Positions 25,530 through 37,865 of a DNA stretch of 64,000 bases are shown piece by piece. The translations under genes were made by a program, and so were the position numbers. The stretch comes from Chiloscyllium plagiosum (lineage: Eukaryota). The stretch is taken from NCBI RefSeq assembly GCF_004010195.1, contig NC_057720.1, forward strand, positions 19,033,601 through 19,097,600, read 5' to 3'. Numbering within the stretch: the first letter of the stretch is position 1; each line of letters begins with the position of its first letter. The notes beneath the pieces are model-generated. The model made no database searches, was not told where the DNA came from, and saw only the letters and a list, made by a program, of their open reading frames with translations.

Positions 25530-26375
25530 ACTGATGTGCCTCAAGCTATGCAGGATTGTGTGCCATGAGGAAGATATAAACTGTTTTCAGCAGCATTTGG
25601 ACAGTGTTAGTGATTGGACAAGAAAATAATAGATGGAATATAATGTGGAAAAATCTGTGATGGTAGGAAGGACAGATGTGTTAGGTATTTCTTAACTGGA
25701 AAATGTAGATGTGGAAAGGGTGCCCTTGTCAATGTGTCACTAAAGTGACGTGCAACTGCAGCAAGCTATTAAGTAGGTTAATGGAATGCTAGCTTTTATT
25801 ACAAAGGATTTGAGTACAGGAGAAGTAAATTTGTTTTGTTTAATTTGTTTAGGATCTTGGCTAGATTGCAGTTTTTGGTCGTCTTTAACTCAGGAAAATA
25901 TCCTATTGCCATAGAGGGGTGGAGCAGTGAAGGTACACTAGTTCCTGGGATGGCAGGACTGTCCATGAAGGGAAATTGGGCAAGTATTCTCTAGTGTTTT
26001 AAAGAATGCAAGGTGATCTCATTGAAACTTACAAAATATTTCAAAGGGACAGACAGGATAGATGCAGGTAAGATGTTCCCCCTAATTGAAGTGTCTAAAA
26101 CCAAGGGATGCAATTTAATAATACTGGGGATGCCATTTAACATCAAGATGAGAATGTTTTTACCTTCTGAAAGCTGTGAATCTTTGTAATTCTATACCCC
26201 AGAGGGCTGTGAAAATTCTGTCTTTGAATACATTTAAAGGTGTGTTGATTAACTGTTTAATTATCAAGTGACTTAAAAGGGTTGTGGGTATAGTGTGGGT
26301 AAAAGCCATTGAAGAATTTGATCATCTGTATTAAATGGCAGAGCAGGCTCAATGGGCCTACTTCTGTTCCTGTGG
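25530..26375 (+). mobile_element. Old CR1 RT C-terminus and 3' end
   Basis: AGATGGAATATAATGTGGAAAA (QMEYNVEK), GGTGATCTCATTGAAACTTACAAAATA, GGCAGAGCAGGCTCAATGGGCCTACTTCTG end. Confidence 0.65.
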
Positions 26376-26739
26376 AGATGAATTTCTATCTTGCAACTCT
26401 ATCTGAAGAAGGTTCTGCTAATTGTGTTCAAAATGTTTACTTTGTATCTATAGTTTCTTGTTCTTGATCGGCTGAACCAGGAGCTTTAAACACTTCTGTT
26501 GTATTCGCCTGCAATTTGTGATTTTTCGATGGCAAAGTACCCCTATTCTAACTGAACATATCTGAAGGACACCTTTGTTTGTGTTTTTCAGTCCAGCAAC
26601 TACTGCTCAAGCCTGATTCAGTTTTGCCTTTGAGCTAACCATTTATACTACTGCATTCATTTCAATACTGTATACCTTTAGCTTTATCAATAAGTTCTCT
26701 ATGTAGCACCTTTTGAAAATAACACAACAGGTTTCCTTT

Positions 26740-27285
26740 TTTAAATTCACTTGTGGAACATGGACATCACTGGCTGGGTGAGCATTTATTGCCCTTAGTT
26801 GCCCTGAGAAAGTGGTGGTGAGCTGTATTCTTGAACTGCTACAGTCCACTTGCGATAAACCCACAATGCTGTTCGGAAGAGAATCCCAGGATTTTGACCT
26901 AACAAGACAAAGTCCAGCGATCTGTTTCCAAGTCAGGCTTGAAGGGAACTTTGCAGGCTGTGGGGTTCCCATATTTCCGCTGTGTGAGTGTGTGTAAAAT
27001 AGCTGTACATAATTGTAAGTGGTCTTCATTTTAGAAGATGCTGTCTAAGGATCTTTGATTTTCTGCAGTGCATCTTAGTAGCAGCAGTATGTACTGAGCA
27101 TTGATGGTTGGTTGAGTGACAGTTTGCTTGGCATCACTTACACAATCTAGCAGACTACTTTGGTTTGGATGATGTCGACTTTCTTGAGTGCTGCTAGAGC
27201 TGCACTCATCCAGGCAAGTGGACGGTATTCTGTCAATCCTGACAGGCTTTGGAGAGTCATGAAGTGAGTTACTCACTGTCATGTT
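26740..27285 (-). mobile_element. 3' part of another non-LTR repeat
   Basis: Shares the CAGCTCACCACCAC..CTCAGGGCAACTA.GGGCAATAAATGC tail with 41570-41930, 49235-49312 and 58210-58255. Confidence 0.6.
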
Positions 27286-27394
27286 TCTGGCCTAAATGTA
27301 ATCCATTATTTCCCCAAAATTTGTTTTTTATTCCCCTTTTTTAAAAAGTCCAGTTTGGTTACTTCAATTATAAGTTAAAGCCATTGCCATTTCT

Positions 27395-27583
27395 TGAATC
27401 CCTATATGACCAATCCGCCTAACCTGCACATTTTGGACTGTGGGAGGAAACCAGAGTGCACAGAGGCAACCCACGTAGACACAGGGAGAATCTGCAAACT
27501 CCACACAGATAGTCGCCCTAGGGTGGAATCGAATCAGAGTCCGTGGTGCTGAGAGGCAGCAGTGCTAACCGCCATGCTTCCCC
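27395..27583 (-). mobile_element. HE1-type SINE, partial
   Basis: TTTGGACTGTGGGAGGAAACC...GGCAGCAGTGCTAACC. Confidence 0.8.
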
Positions 27584-27931
27584 AAACTTGGATCTATCAA
27601 ATTTCATTCAGCTAGTTTAAGCAATTTACAAGGAAAAAGCCATTGCTAAATTAACTAATCCTGTGGATCATTCAACATGTAAATAGCTGTAATGCCTTGA
27701 TGCAGTTTGTATCTGCTTGCAATTTGCCATAATGTGTGACCATGTATTTAAAAGGCTAATGTTTAGACATTTGATATAAGAGACTGAAAAAGGAAGTTTT
27801 GGAACCAATCTGCTTTTGCTGAAGCTGAAAACTGTTGACAGAGCTTTTGTTCAGAGCATAGTGTTTAAATAATTAGACCTTTTTATTTTACTGCAGTCAT
27901 TGTGTAAAATTATTTTGGTTCTTGTAGTGAT

Positions 27932-28143
27932 TGTAATGAGGCAACCAGCTGGACCTCAAAATGAGTTCCCTGATTGGGGTTGTTAATCTGGTGCAATTAA
28001 GGAGATGTGGCTGACTTAAAAGGATGAATGACAGGGGTATTGAACCCTGAATGCCTGACTCAGTGAGCTGCTGTTGTCAAATGCGATGCATTTGTAAATA
28101 AAACATGATTGATGGGATGGCGACCTCCTGAAAAGTTATTTCA
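27932..28143 (+). repeat. 5' LTR
   Basis: TGTAATGAGG...AATAAA...TTATTTCA, followed by PBS-position GTGGTG. Confidence 0.75.
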
Positions 28144-29626
28144 GTGGTGATGATAGTCAAGGATGATCCTGAAGAAACACATTCGCACCATTCATTTTGC
28201 TAACGTCCAATTTCATTCTCTGACGTCATGCCTCTGATTGGGAAGCTTGACTTGTTTGACCCTGTCATAGAGGACTGGACCCAGTACGTGGAAAGAATCT
28301 GTTATTTTTTTCCAGTCAAACAATGGTACGGCAATTCTCTTGCCAGCCTGTGAAGCTGCAGGTTTTTCAGTCATTAGAAGCCCAAATTTTCCTGAGGTTT
28401 TAGTATCTGGTACCTATCAAGAATTGATTGACATAGTTAAAGAACATTGTGACCCCAAGGCTCCTTTAATTCTGAGATGATACTGCATTTATTCTGCAAT
28501 CGAGAACCATAGGAATCCATATTCGGGTTTTTGACTAGGTTAAAATGATTAGTGGAAGCCTGTGCATTTGATTTAACCCTCAGCTCCTTGCCAATATCTT
28601 TGTGTCTGGTGGCCAAGCTTGTACACAGACATATCCAGGTTAGTGAGACAGTGCCCAGATTGTCAGCAAGACAAAAAGTACTGTCAGCAGCTTCCCCAAA
28701 TGCATCGGGATGACCGGGTAAACTTTAGACTTGTTTACATGTCGATCCTGCAGGTCCTTTCATGGGTTCAATGTTTTTAGTCATTGTAGACATCCACTTA
28801 AAGTGGTTGAATGTGCATCATTCATCTATTCATCTATTCATCAAACACTGGAGGGGACGATCGAAAAAATGCACAAATCTTTTGTGACACAGAAATCCTG
28901 GAGGTATTAGTAACCAGTGATTGCTGGGCCCTTTGCTGAGATATTTGTCTCATTGATAGGCGAGGTGCCGGAAGACCGGACATGGTGCCACTATTTAAGA
29001 AAGATGTTAAGGACAAGCCAGGGAACTATAGACTGGCGAGCCTGACATTGATGGTGGGACTGTTGGAGGGAATCCTGAGGGTCAGGGTTTACCTGTATTT
29101 GGAAAGGCAGTGACTGATTAGGGATAGTCAACATGGCTTTGTGCGTGGGAAATCATGCCTCTCTAACTTGACTGAGAATTTTGAAGATGATTGATGAGGG
29201 CAGAGCAGTGGACATGATCTGTATGGGATTCAGTAAGGTGTTCAACAAGGTTTCTCATGGTAGACTGGTTAGCAAGGTTAGGTGACATGGAATACAGGAA
29301 GAATTAGTCATTTGGACACAGAACCAGGGAGAAGGCAGAAGACAGATGGTGTTGGTGGAGGGTTGCTATTCAGACTGGCAGCCTGTGACCAGTGGAGTGC
29401 TATAATAGGGATTAGTGCTGGGTCTACTGCTTTTCATTTAAATAAATGATTTGGATGTAAACATAGGAGGTTAGTAAGTTTGCAGATGACACCAAATTGG
29501 AGGTGTAGTGGACAGCAAAGAAGGTTACCTCAGTACAAGGGGATAACGAGTTTTGAGAAGATTTGTAGCTCAGGTTGAGGTTCTGAATGTAGGTTTGCTT
29601 GCTGAGCTGGAAGGTTTGTTTTCAGA

Positions 29627-31234
29627 GGCTGAGGGGCTGGTGTATGGGAGAAGGATTCACATTTTTGGATCATTGGAATCTCTCTTGGGGTAGAAGTGAC
29701 CTGTACAAGAAGGACGGATTGCACCTAAATTGGAAGGGGACTAATATACTGGCAGGGAAATTTGCTAGAATTGCTTGGGAGGATTTAAACTAGTAAGGTG
29801 GGGTATTGGGTCGGGGGGGGAAATCCCAGGGAGATAGAGGAAAGATATCGATCTGAGAAGGGTACAGCTGAGAACAGAAGTGAGTCAAACAGGGCAGGCA
29901 GGGACAAGGTAGGACTAATAAATTAAACTGCATTTATTTCAATGCAAGGGGCCTAACAGGGAAGGCAGATGAACTCAGGGCATGGTTAGGAACATGGGAC
30001 TGGGATATCATAGCAATTACAGAAACATGGCTCAGGGATGGGCAGGACTGGCAGCTTAATGTTCCAGGATACAAATGCTACAGGAAGGATAGAAACGGAG
30101 GTAAGAGGGGAGGAGGAGTGGCCTTTTTGATAAGGGATAGCATTACAGCTGTGCTGAGGGAAGATATTCCCGGNNNNNNNNNNNNNNNNNNNNNNNNNNN
30201 NNNNNNNNNNNNNNNNNNNNNNNNNNNNNNNNNNNNNNNNNNNNNNNNNNNNNNNNNNNNNNNNNNNNNNNNNNNNNNNNNNNNNNNNNNNNNNNNNNNN
30301 NNNNNNNNNNNNNNNNNNNNNNNNNNNNNNNNNNNNNNNNNNNNNNNNNNNNNNNNNNNNNNNNNNNNNNNNNNNNNNNNNNNNNNNNNNNNNNNNNNNN
30401 NNNNNNNNNNNNNNNNNNNNNNNNNNNNNNNNNNNNNNNNNNNNNNNNNNNNNNNNNNNNNNNNNNNNNNNNNNNNNNNNNNNNNNNNNNNNNNNNNNNN
30501 NNNNNNNNNNNNNNNNNNNNNNNNNNNNNNNNNNNNNNNNNNNNNNNNNNNNNNNNNNNNNNNNNNNNNNNNNNNNNNNNNNNNNNNNNNNNNNNNNNNN
30601 NNNNNNNNNNNNNNNNNNNNNNNNNNNNNNNNNNNNAGTAGGAGTATACTTAAGAGGGAAATCAGATGCGCAAAACGGGGATATGAGGTAGCTTTGGCAA
30701 ATAGAATTAATGAAAATCCAAAGGGTTTTTACAAATATATTAAGGACAAAAGGGTAACTAGGGAGAGAATAGGGCGCCTCAAAGATCAGCAAGGCGTTCT
30801 TTGTGAGGAGCCACAGAAAATGGAGGAGATACTAAATGAATACTTTGCATCAGTATTTACTGTGGAAAAGTATATGGAAGATATAGAATGTAGGGAAATA
30901 GATGGTGACATCTTGCAAAATGTCCAATTACAGAGGAGGAAGTGCTGGATGTCTTGAAACGGTTAAAGGTGGATAAATCCCCAGGACCTGATCAGGTGTA
31001 CCCGAGAACTCTGTGGGAAGCTAGAGAAGTGATTGCTGGGTCTCTTGCTGAGATATTTGTCTCATCGATAGTCACGTGAGGTGCCGGAAGACTGGAGGTT
31101 GGCACGAATAGGAAGGGTATGGAGGGATGTGGGCCGGGTGCTGGTAGGTGGGATTAGATTGGGTTTGGATATCTGGTCGGCATGGACTGGTTGGACCGAA
31201 GGGTCTGTTTCCATGCTGTACATCTCTATGACTC
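29627..31234 (+). mobile_element. CR1 LINE (ORF1 esterase end, APE, linker) with RT deleted, joined to its 3' tail
   Basis: DLYKKDGLHLNWKGTNILAG; DIIAITETWL; INENPKGFYKYIKDKRV; jumps from EDWRLA (about 31105) to the 3' end. Confidence 0.88.
30174..30636. other. Assembly gap
   Basis: Run of N. Confidence 1.
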
Positions 31235-32005
31235 CAAGTTTCGACACTATATTAGGTAGCATCATCAGTGAGCCTCCGGATGAAGCACTGGTGGCATGGC
31301 CTGTTTTCTAATTGTGTTTAGGTTTCCTTGGGTTGGTGATGCCATTTCTTGTGTTGATGTCATTTCCTGTTCTTTTTCTCAGGGGGTGGTAAATGGGATC
31401 CAAGTCAATGTGTTTGCTGATAGAGTTCCAATTGAAATGCCATGCTTCTAGGAATTCTCATGCATGTCTTTGTTTGCCTTGTCCTCTGATGGATGTTTTG
31501 TCCCAGTCGAAGTGATGTCCTTCCTCATCTGTATGTAAGGATACTAGTGACAGTGGGTCATGTCCTTTTGTGGCTAGTTCATATTCATGTATCCTGGTGG
31601 CTAGTTTTCTGTCTGTTTGTCCAATGTAGTGTTTGTTACAGTTCTTGTAAGGTATTTTGTAAATGACATTAGTTTTGCTTGTTGTCTGAATAGGATCTTT
31701 CAAAATCCATTAGCTGCTGTTTTAGTGTATTGGTGGGTTTGTGGGCTACCATGATGCCAAGAAGTCGGAGTAGTCTGACCGTCCTTTCCTAGGACAAGCC
31801 AAACAGAGACACTCTCGAGAATTCCTAGAAGCATGGCATTCCAAACGGAATTCTATTAACAACACATCGACTTGGATTCTATTTACCAGCCCCTGAGAAA
31901 AAGAACAGGAAATTGTGTCACCACAGGAAATGGCGTCACCCAAGGAAACTAAATACACAAATCAAATCAAAAGTGGGCCATGCCACTAGTGCTTCATCTG
32001 GAGGC

Positions 32006-32045
32006 TCACTGATGATGTTACCTAGTATGGTGATGAAACGTCTGA
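32006..32045 (+). ncRNA. Minimal hammerhead ribozyme motif (family B), intact core
   Basis: TCA-CTGATGA-T-GTTACC-TAGTAT-GGTGAT-GAAAC-GTC-TGA; stem I TCA/TGA; predicted cleavage after 32042. Confidence 0.78.
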
Positions 32046-32349
32046 AAACGAACTTTCCAGCTCAGTGAGCAAACCTACATTCAGATACAAGAGGATGTTG
32101 ATTAGATGGGCCAATGTGCAAAGGAATGGCAGATGGAGTTTAATTTAATGTGAGGTGTTCCATTTTGGAAAGCCAAATCAGGGCAGAATTATACACTTAA
32201 TGGTAAGCTTCTGGGCAGTGTTGCTGAACAGGGACCATTGGAGTACACATTCATAGTTCCTTGAAAGTGGAGTTACTGGTAGACAGGATGGTGAAGAAGG
32301 TGGTTACTATGTTTTCCTTTTTATTGGTCAGAGCATTGAGTATAGGAGT

Positions 32350-32447
32350 CAAGAGTGTGGTGCTGAAAAGGCACAATTGGTCAGGCAGCATCCGAGGAGC
32401 AGGAAAATCGACATTTTGGGCAAAAGCTCTTCTTCACGAATGAAGCA
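32350..32447 (-). mobile_element. Family A insertion with 16-bp TSD
   Basis: CATTGAGTATAGGAGT at 32334-32349 and 32448-32463. Confidence 0.82.
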
Positions 32448-32873
32448 CATTGAGTATAGGAGTTGGGGAAGGCCATGTTGTGGCTATAACATGATATTGG
32501 TTAGGCCACTTTTGGAATGTTGTGTGTATTTCTGGTCTCCCTCCTACCAGAAGGATGTCATGAAACTTGAAAGGGTTCAGAAAAGATTTACAAGGATGTT
32601 GCCAGGGTTGGAGGATTTGAGCTCTAGGGAGAAGCTGAATAGGGTGGGACTATTTTCCTTGGACCCTGAGAGGCTGAGGGGTGACCTTTTGGAGGTTTAT
32701 AAAACCATGGGGGGTACGGATAGGGTAAATAGACAAGTCTTTTCCCTGTGGTGGTGGAGTCCAGAATGAGAGGGCACAGGTTTAGGATGAGAGGAGCAAG
32801 ATTTTAAAGGGACCTAAGGGGCAACATTTTCATGCAGAGGATGGTACATGTATGGAATAAGCTGTCGGAGGAA

Positions 32874-34269
32874 GTCATAGAGATGTACAGCATGGAAACA
32901 GACCCTTTGGTCCAACCCGTCCATGCTGACCAGATATCCCAACCCAGTCTAGTCCCACCTGCCAGCACCTGGCCCATATCCCTCCATACCCTTCCAATTC
33001 ATAGACCCCATCCAAATGCCTCTTAAATGTTGCAATTATACCAGCCTCCACCACCTCCTCTGGCAGCTCATTCCACACACGTACCACACTGTGTGAAAAA
33101 GTTGCCCCTAAGGTCTCTTTTATATCTTTCCCCTCTCGCCCTAAACCTATGCCCTCTAGTTCTGGACTCCCCGGTCCCAGTGAAAAGACCTTGCCCTTCA
33201 TAATTTTGTAAACCTCTATAAGGTCACCCCTCAGCCTCCGACGCTCCAGGGAAAACAGTCCCAGCCTATTCAACCTCTCCCTGTAGCTCAGATCCTCCAA
33301 CCCTGGCAACATCCTTGTAAATCTTTTCTGAGCCCTTTCAAGTTGCACAACATCTTTCCAATAGGAAGGAGACCAGAATTGCATGCGATATTCCAACAGT
33401 GGCCTGACCAATGTCTTGTACAGCCGCAACATGACCTCCCTACTCCTGTACTCAATACTCTGACCAATAAAGGAAAGCATACCAAACGCCGCCTTCACTA
33501 GCCTATCTACCTGTGACTCCACTTTCAAGGAGCTATGAACCTGCACTCCAAGGTCTCTTTTTGTTCAGCAACACTCCCTAGGACCTTACCATTAAGTGTA
33601 TAAGTCCTGCTAAGATTTGCTTTCCCGAAATGCATCACCTCACATTTATCTGAATTAAGTCACCTCACCTGCCACTTCTCAGCCCATTGGCCCATCTGGT
33701 CCAGATCCTGTTGTAATCTGAGGTAACCCTCTTCGCTGTCCACTACACCTCCAATTTTGGTGTCATCTGCAAACTTATAACTATACCTCTTGCGCTTGCA
33801 TCCAAATCATTTATGTAAATGAAAAAAAGTAGAGGGCCCAGGACCGATCCTTGTGGCACTCCACTGGTCACAGGCCTCCAGTCTGAAAAACAACCCTCCA
33901 CCACCACCCTCTGTCTTCTACCTTTGAGCCAGTTCTGTATCCAAATGGCTAGTTCTCCCTGTATTCCATGAGATCTAACCTTGCTAATCAGTCTCCCATG
34001 AGGAACCTTGTCGAACGCCGTACTGAAGTCCATTTAGATCACATCTACTGCTCTGCCCTCATCAATCATCTTTGTTACTTCTTCAAGAAACTCAGTCAAG
34101 TTTGTGAGACATGATTTCACACACACAAAGCCATGTTGACTGTCCCTAATCAGTCCTTCCCTTTCCAAATAGATGTGCATCCTGTCCATCAGGATTCCCT
34201 CCAACAACTTGCCCACCACCGAGGTCAGGCTCACCGGCCTATAGTTCCCTGGCTTGTCTTTGCCACCCT
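32874..34269 (-). mobile_element. Relatively young CR1 RT-3' end nested in the plus-strand CR1
   Basis: 223-aa ORF 32875-33546; [14 protein letters not shown] and [16 protein letters not shown]. Confidence 0.92.
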
Positions 34270-35363
34270 TGGAAGCTGGTACAATTGCAGCATTTAAAAG
34301 GCATCTGGATAGGTAAATCAGCAGGAAGGGTTTAGTGGGGTTTGGACCAAATGCTGTCAAATGGGTCTTGATTAATTTAGGATATCTGGTCGGCATGGAT
34401 GACTTGGACCAAAGGATCTGTTTCTGTGCTGTATCTCTCTGACTGTATGAGAGATGACAGGCCATCATTTACCAGCAGACACTTATTTCTTTGTCAAATG
34501 GGGTTTCAACATATTAGACTGTGACATTACACCCATCATCTGATGGCCTGGCAAAAAGAGCAGTCCAAACTTTGAAGGCTAGACTGAAGGAACAGCCTGT
34601 AGCCTCTCTGGATTACAAGTTGTCACGGTTCTTATTTGATTATAGGACCACCCACGTGCATCTACAGAGATTGCACCAGCAAAGTTGGTGATGGGTAGAA
34701 GGCTGCATACCAGGCTAAGTCTGATCTTTGCGGACCTGGGGGCGGAACTGTGAAACAGTATCAGGAACTCCAATGCCAAACCCAATACTCCACCAAAAAA
34801 AAGAGAGAGTTTGATACACAGGACAAAAGTTGGCCCAAGATTAATTGAAATTGCTCTGCATGTGTAAGACTGGAGAGATCGACATGATCAATGTGAGATC
34901 AGGACCAATGACTTATAAAGTTTGGATAGGTGTGCCTGAAGACGCATATGGACAATTTGAAAGCTGCAAATTCCAAATGTTTGGGAGCAAACTATTCTCT
35001 GCCCCTCGGAGCCTTCAGAAATACTTCAGGGACCCATTGATTCACCCTCTAAATCAAACAGTGTTGAGTCCTCTAAATCGGAGATGGACATGATAAAAAT
35101 AGCCACCTCGATGCTTGGTACTCCAGGTGCAAGAGACGAGCTCCCATTTGTTACATGCCTCTTGAGTCAGATTCAGAGTTGCAATAACCTGACCCGATGT
35201 TGAAATGCCCCAAGGCGGCTCGTCATTATATAAATGATTTGGATGTGAATGTAGGTATAGTTAGTAAGGTTTGCAGATTACACCAAAATTGGAAGTGTAG
35301 TGGACAGTGAAGAAGGTTACCTGCGATGAACCTGTGCCTGTGGACTTGGAGGGATGGAATGCT

Positions 35364-35693
35364 TGTAATGAAGTCAGCCAGCAGGACCTCGTAGAATGAG
35401 TTCCTTGCCTGGACCCATTTAACAACCCCAATCGGGCAGACCTGGCTGACGTACAAAGGTGAATGTCCAGGATATTGAGCCCTTGATGCCTGACTCAGTG
35501 AAAGGCAGTGTTATGGTCATAGGAGTCGAAGAGTGTGGTGCTGGAAAAGCACAGCTGGTCAGACCGCATCCAAGGAGCAGGAGAGTCAACGTTTTGGGCA
35601 TATGCCCTTCATCAGGAATGAGGCCAAAGAAGATATCAATTGTAAATAAAGGATGGTTAGTGATGGGATGCTAGCCTCTGAGGTGTTGTTTCA
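35364..35693 (+). repeat. 3' LTR containing a family A insertion (about 35521-35620, minus)
   Basis: TGTAATGAAG...ATGCCTGACTCAGTGA...TGTAAATAAA...TTTCA matches 27932-28143; purine-rich GGAGGGATGGAA just upstream. Confidence 0.75.
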
Positions 35694-36196
35694 GCCTCAT
35701 GTGTATCCCACTTATTTCCATGTTGACATTTTAAGTAATCTCAATTTGTAGGATGTGTATGGTTTCTAAAAAGGAATAAGCTGCAGTCAGCAGGCATTTG
35801 GCCATGTTGCTTGAGAGGCAATGTTGTTTATGGCATCAGGAGAATTTTCTGCTCAATCCAAGTCATGGCTAGGATGATCTTTTTGGCTTGAATGAGCAGT
35901 GGAAGTTTGTTTACAAGTCTCAGTTGAAGACCACTTCGCCAGCAACACCATGCTGTCAGTGCTAAAACATTCACATAAACATTGATCAAGTCATCTCTAA
36001 CTAACTCAAGCAACTAATCTAATTCTAAGTTAGCATGCTTGCCTTCGTTGCTCAGTCCTTTTGAGTGTAGAAGTTGAGAAGTCATTGTTAAGGTTGTACA
36101 GGACATTGGTAAGACCTCTTCTGGAGTACTGTGTCCAGTTCTGATCGCCCGGTTATAGGAAGGCTATTAAGCTAGGGAAGATTCAGAAGAGATTTA

Positions 36197-36877
36197 CAGG
36201 GGAACCTCGATTATCCGAACGTGATGGGTGGGCACTATTTCGTTCGGATAATCGATTTATTTGGTTAATCGATTTTAAATGCCTTTCCTCTGGGGCTTGG
36301 AGTTTTTAAAATCTTCTCGTTCAGGAGACTGCAGCAGCACAGCGAGACCCTGCCCCCCCTCCCCAAAACCCAGTCAAACACCACCACTGACTCTGTCCAA
36401 CCCTGCCCAACACCNNNNNNNNNNNNNNNNNNNNNNNNNNNNNNCCCCGTCGACCTTCAACCCCTGCCCCCTCTCCAGGGCAGCTGGACTGGACACCAAC
36501 AAGAAGACTGCTGCAGTTGCCTTTTGTGGGGTAAGTCTCCAAATAGCGCGCACACACGGCCACAGCCCCCCACACAAGTTTTTACTGCAATTTTTTGACA
36601 GGTTCCATCTTTGCCCTGTACAGGGCAATGTTGGAAAGATGATGTGGGAAAGGGGGTTTAGGGTACACCCCTGTGTAGAGCTCCAGGGAAAGTGTGGGTG
36701 GAGTGAGAAGGGGGAGGTCAGTCATTTGGAGACTGTGCCTGTTAATCACTGTAAACAAAAGACACGATCACTGTTGGAAACACGTCTTTGATGCAGTGTT
36801 TCTATCAGGACCGTGACACCACCTTCGGATAATCCGATTTTCGGATAATTGGTATTCGGATAATCGAGGTTCCTCTG
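36197..36877. mobile_element. Non-autonomous Tc1/mariner-pogo (Tigger-like) DNA transposon
   Basis: TIRs CAGGGGAACCTCGATTATCCGAA / TTCGGATAATCGAGGTTCCTCTG; TA duplication at 36195-36196 and 36878-36879. Confidence 0.88.
36415..36444. other. Assembly gap
   Basis: Run of N. Confidence 1.
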
Positions 36878-37865
36878 TACCAGGATGTTGCTGAGTATAG
36901 AAGGTCTGAAAAGAAAGGCTGGGAATTTTTCAATGCAGCATAGGAGATTGAGAGGTGACCTTTTATAGAGGTTTATAAAATCATGAGTATAGATGCAGTC
37001 CATGGTCGGTGTCTTTTCTCTAGGATGAGGAATTTCAAGACCAGGAGGCATTTTTTAAGGTGAGAGGAGTGAGATTTAAAAAAATACATGAGGCACAAAT
37101 GTTTTACACAAGATGGTTCATATGTGGAATGAACTTCCTGGATGTGGGCACATTTGCAAAATTTAAAAGTCATTTGGATAAGAATGTGAAGAGGAAAGGT
37201 TTGGAGGGGTGTGCCTCAAACGCAGGCAGGTGGGACAAGTTTAGTTTAGGAAACTTGGTTGACAAGGGGGTCTCTTTCTGTGCCGTATGACTCTGGGTCT
37301 TAAGTGCTGAAGTGAGGCTGAATTCTCTGATGCTCTGAGTCGAGAGGTGACATTTCAACAACCAAAGCAATGTATTTCTTGGCTGGACAAGTCTATTTAA
37401 AATTTGAACATTTTTATACAGAGCTCCTATTTCTTCCTCCCCTTTCTGTCATTTTTCAACATTTTCATGATGTTACTTTTTTAAAGCATACTTCGTAACA
37501 CTTGATGCTTCTGTGCCCTTTGCACAAGGCAGGAAACTGGAACTCAGAATGAGACCTTGTCTGCTCAAGTGAAGATGAGTGCAAGTCCAGCACAGCAAAG
37601 CTTAAAGGGGACACTTTGAGGTTATTTTCTCCGATATGGTGGGAAATTTCTGATTGCAATTAGAGCTAGCGAGCGTTTTCGAAAAAGAAAATGCACCTAG
37701 GATAGGTAATCTGTACAATGTATTTTGCAGCATTTGTCCATATTGCATCTTATTGATCTGTTAGGGATTAAGATTCTTGTTACACATTGTGTTATCAAGT
37801 TCTGTTTTGGACCAATGGACCAATAACTTGATGTCTTGGCTTAATGGTACTATTGCTTGACAATT

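Larger units (their letters stand above)
29545..32085. mobile_element. Penelope-like element (family B): GIY-YIG remnant with inverted terminal repeats
   Basis: Minus ORF 31458-31703 KTNVIYKIPYKNCNKHYIGQTDRKLATRIHE; arms 31237-31490 (plus 29545-29626) and 31785-32085 are reverse complements; TACAAG(G/A)GGAT on both flanks. Confidence 0.85.
28916..34450 (+). mobile_element. CR1 LINE inserted in the Gypsy integrase; pieces 28916-29545, 32083-32873, 34270-34450
   Basis: CR1 sequence is collinear across the nested inserts (RT motifs, LVRPLLECCVYFWSP, 3' tail CTCTCTGACTGTATGA). Confidence 0.85.
27932..35693 (+). mobile_element. Internally deleted Gypsy-type LTR retrotransposon (LTR-gag-integrase-LTR) with nested insertions
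   Basis: Related TG...CA LTRs; gag start MPLIGKLDLFDPVIEDWTQYVER at 28228; integrase WWPSLYTDISRLVRQCPDCQ, LHVDPAGPFMGSMFLVIVD, resuming near 34452 with SFTS...HPSSDGLAKRAVQTLK. Confidence 0.8.
36030..37295 (+). mobile_element. CR1 3' fragment interrupted by a MITE
   Basis: AAGAGATTTA|CCAGGATGTTG continues across the 36197-36877 insert. Confidence 0.8.

Noticed and set aside
29986..30957. 268- and 279-aa ORFs
   Set aside because: Their length comes from the N gap; the real parts are CR1 ORF2 or its antisense.
32875..33546. 223-aa ORF as a functional gene
   Set aside because: C-terminal piece of a 5'-truncated, frameshifted CR1 ORF2.
37520..37625. Possible exon (QETGTQNETLSAQVKM...)
   Set aside because: Weak splice signals and stops in all three frames before a plausible donor.
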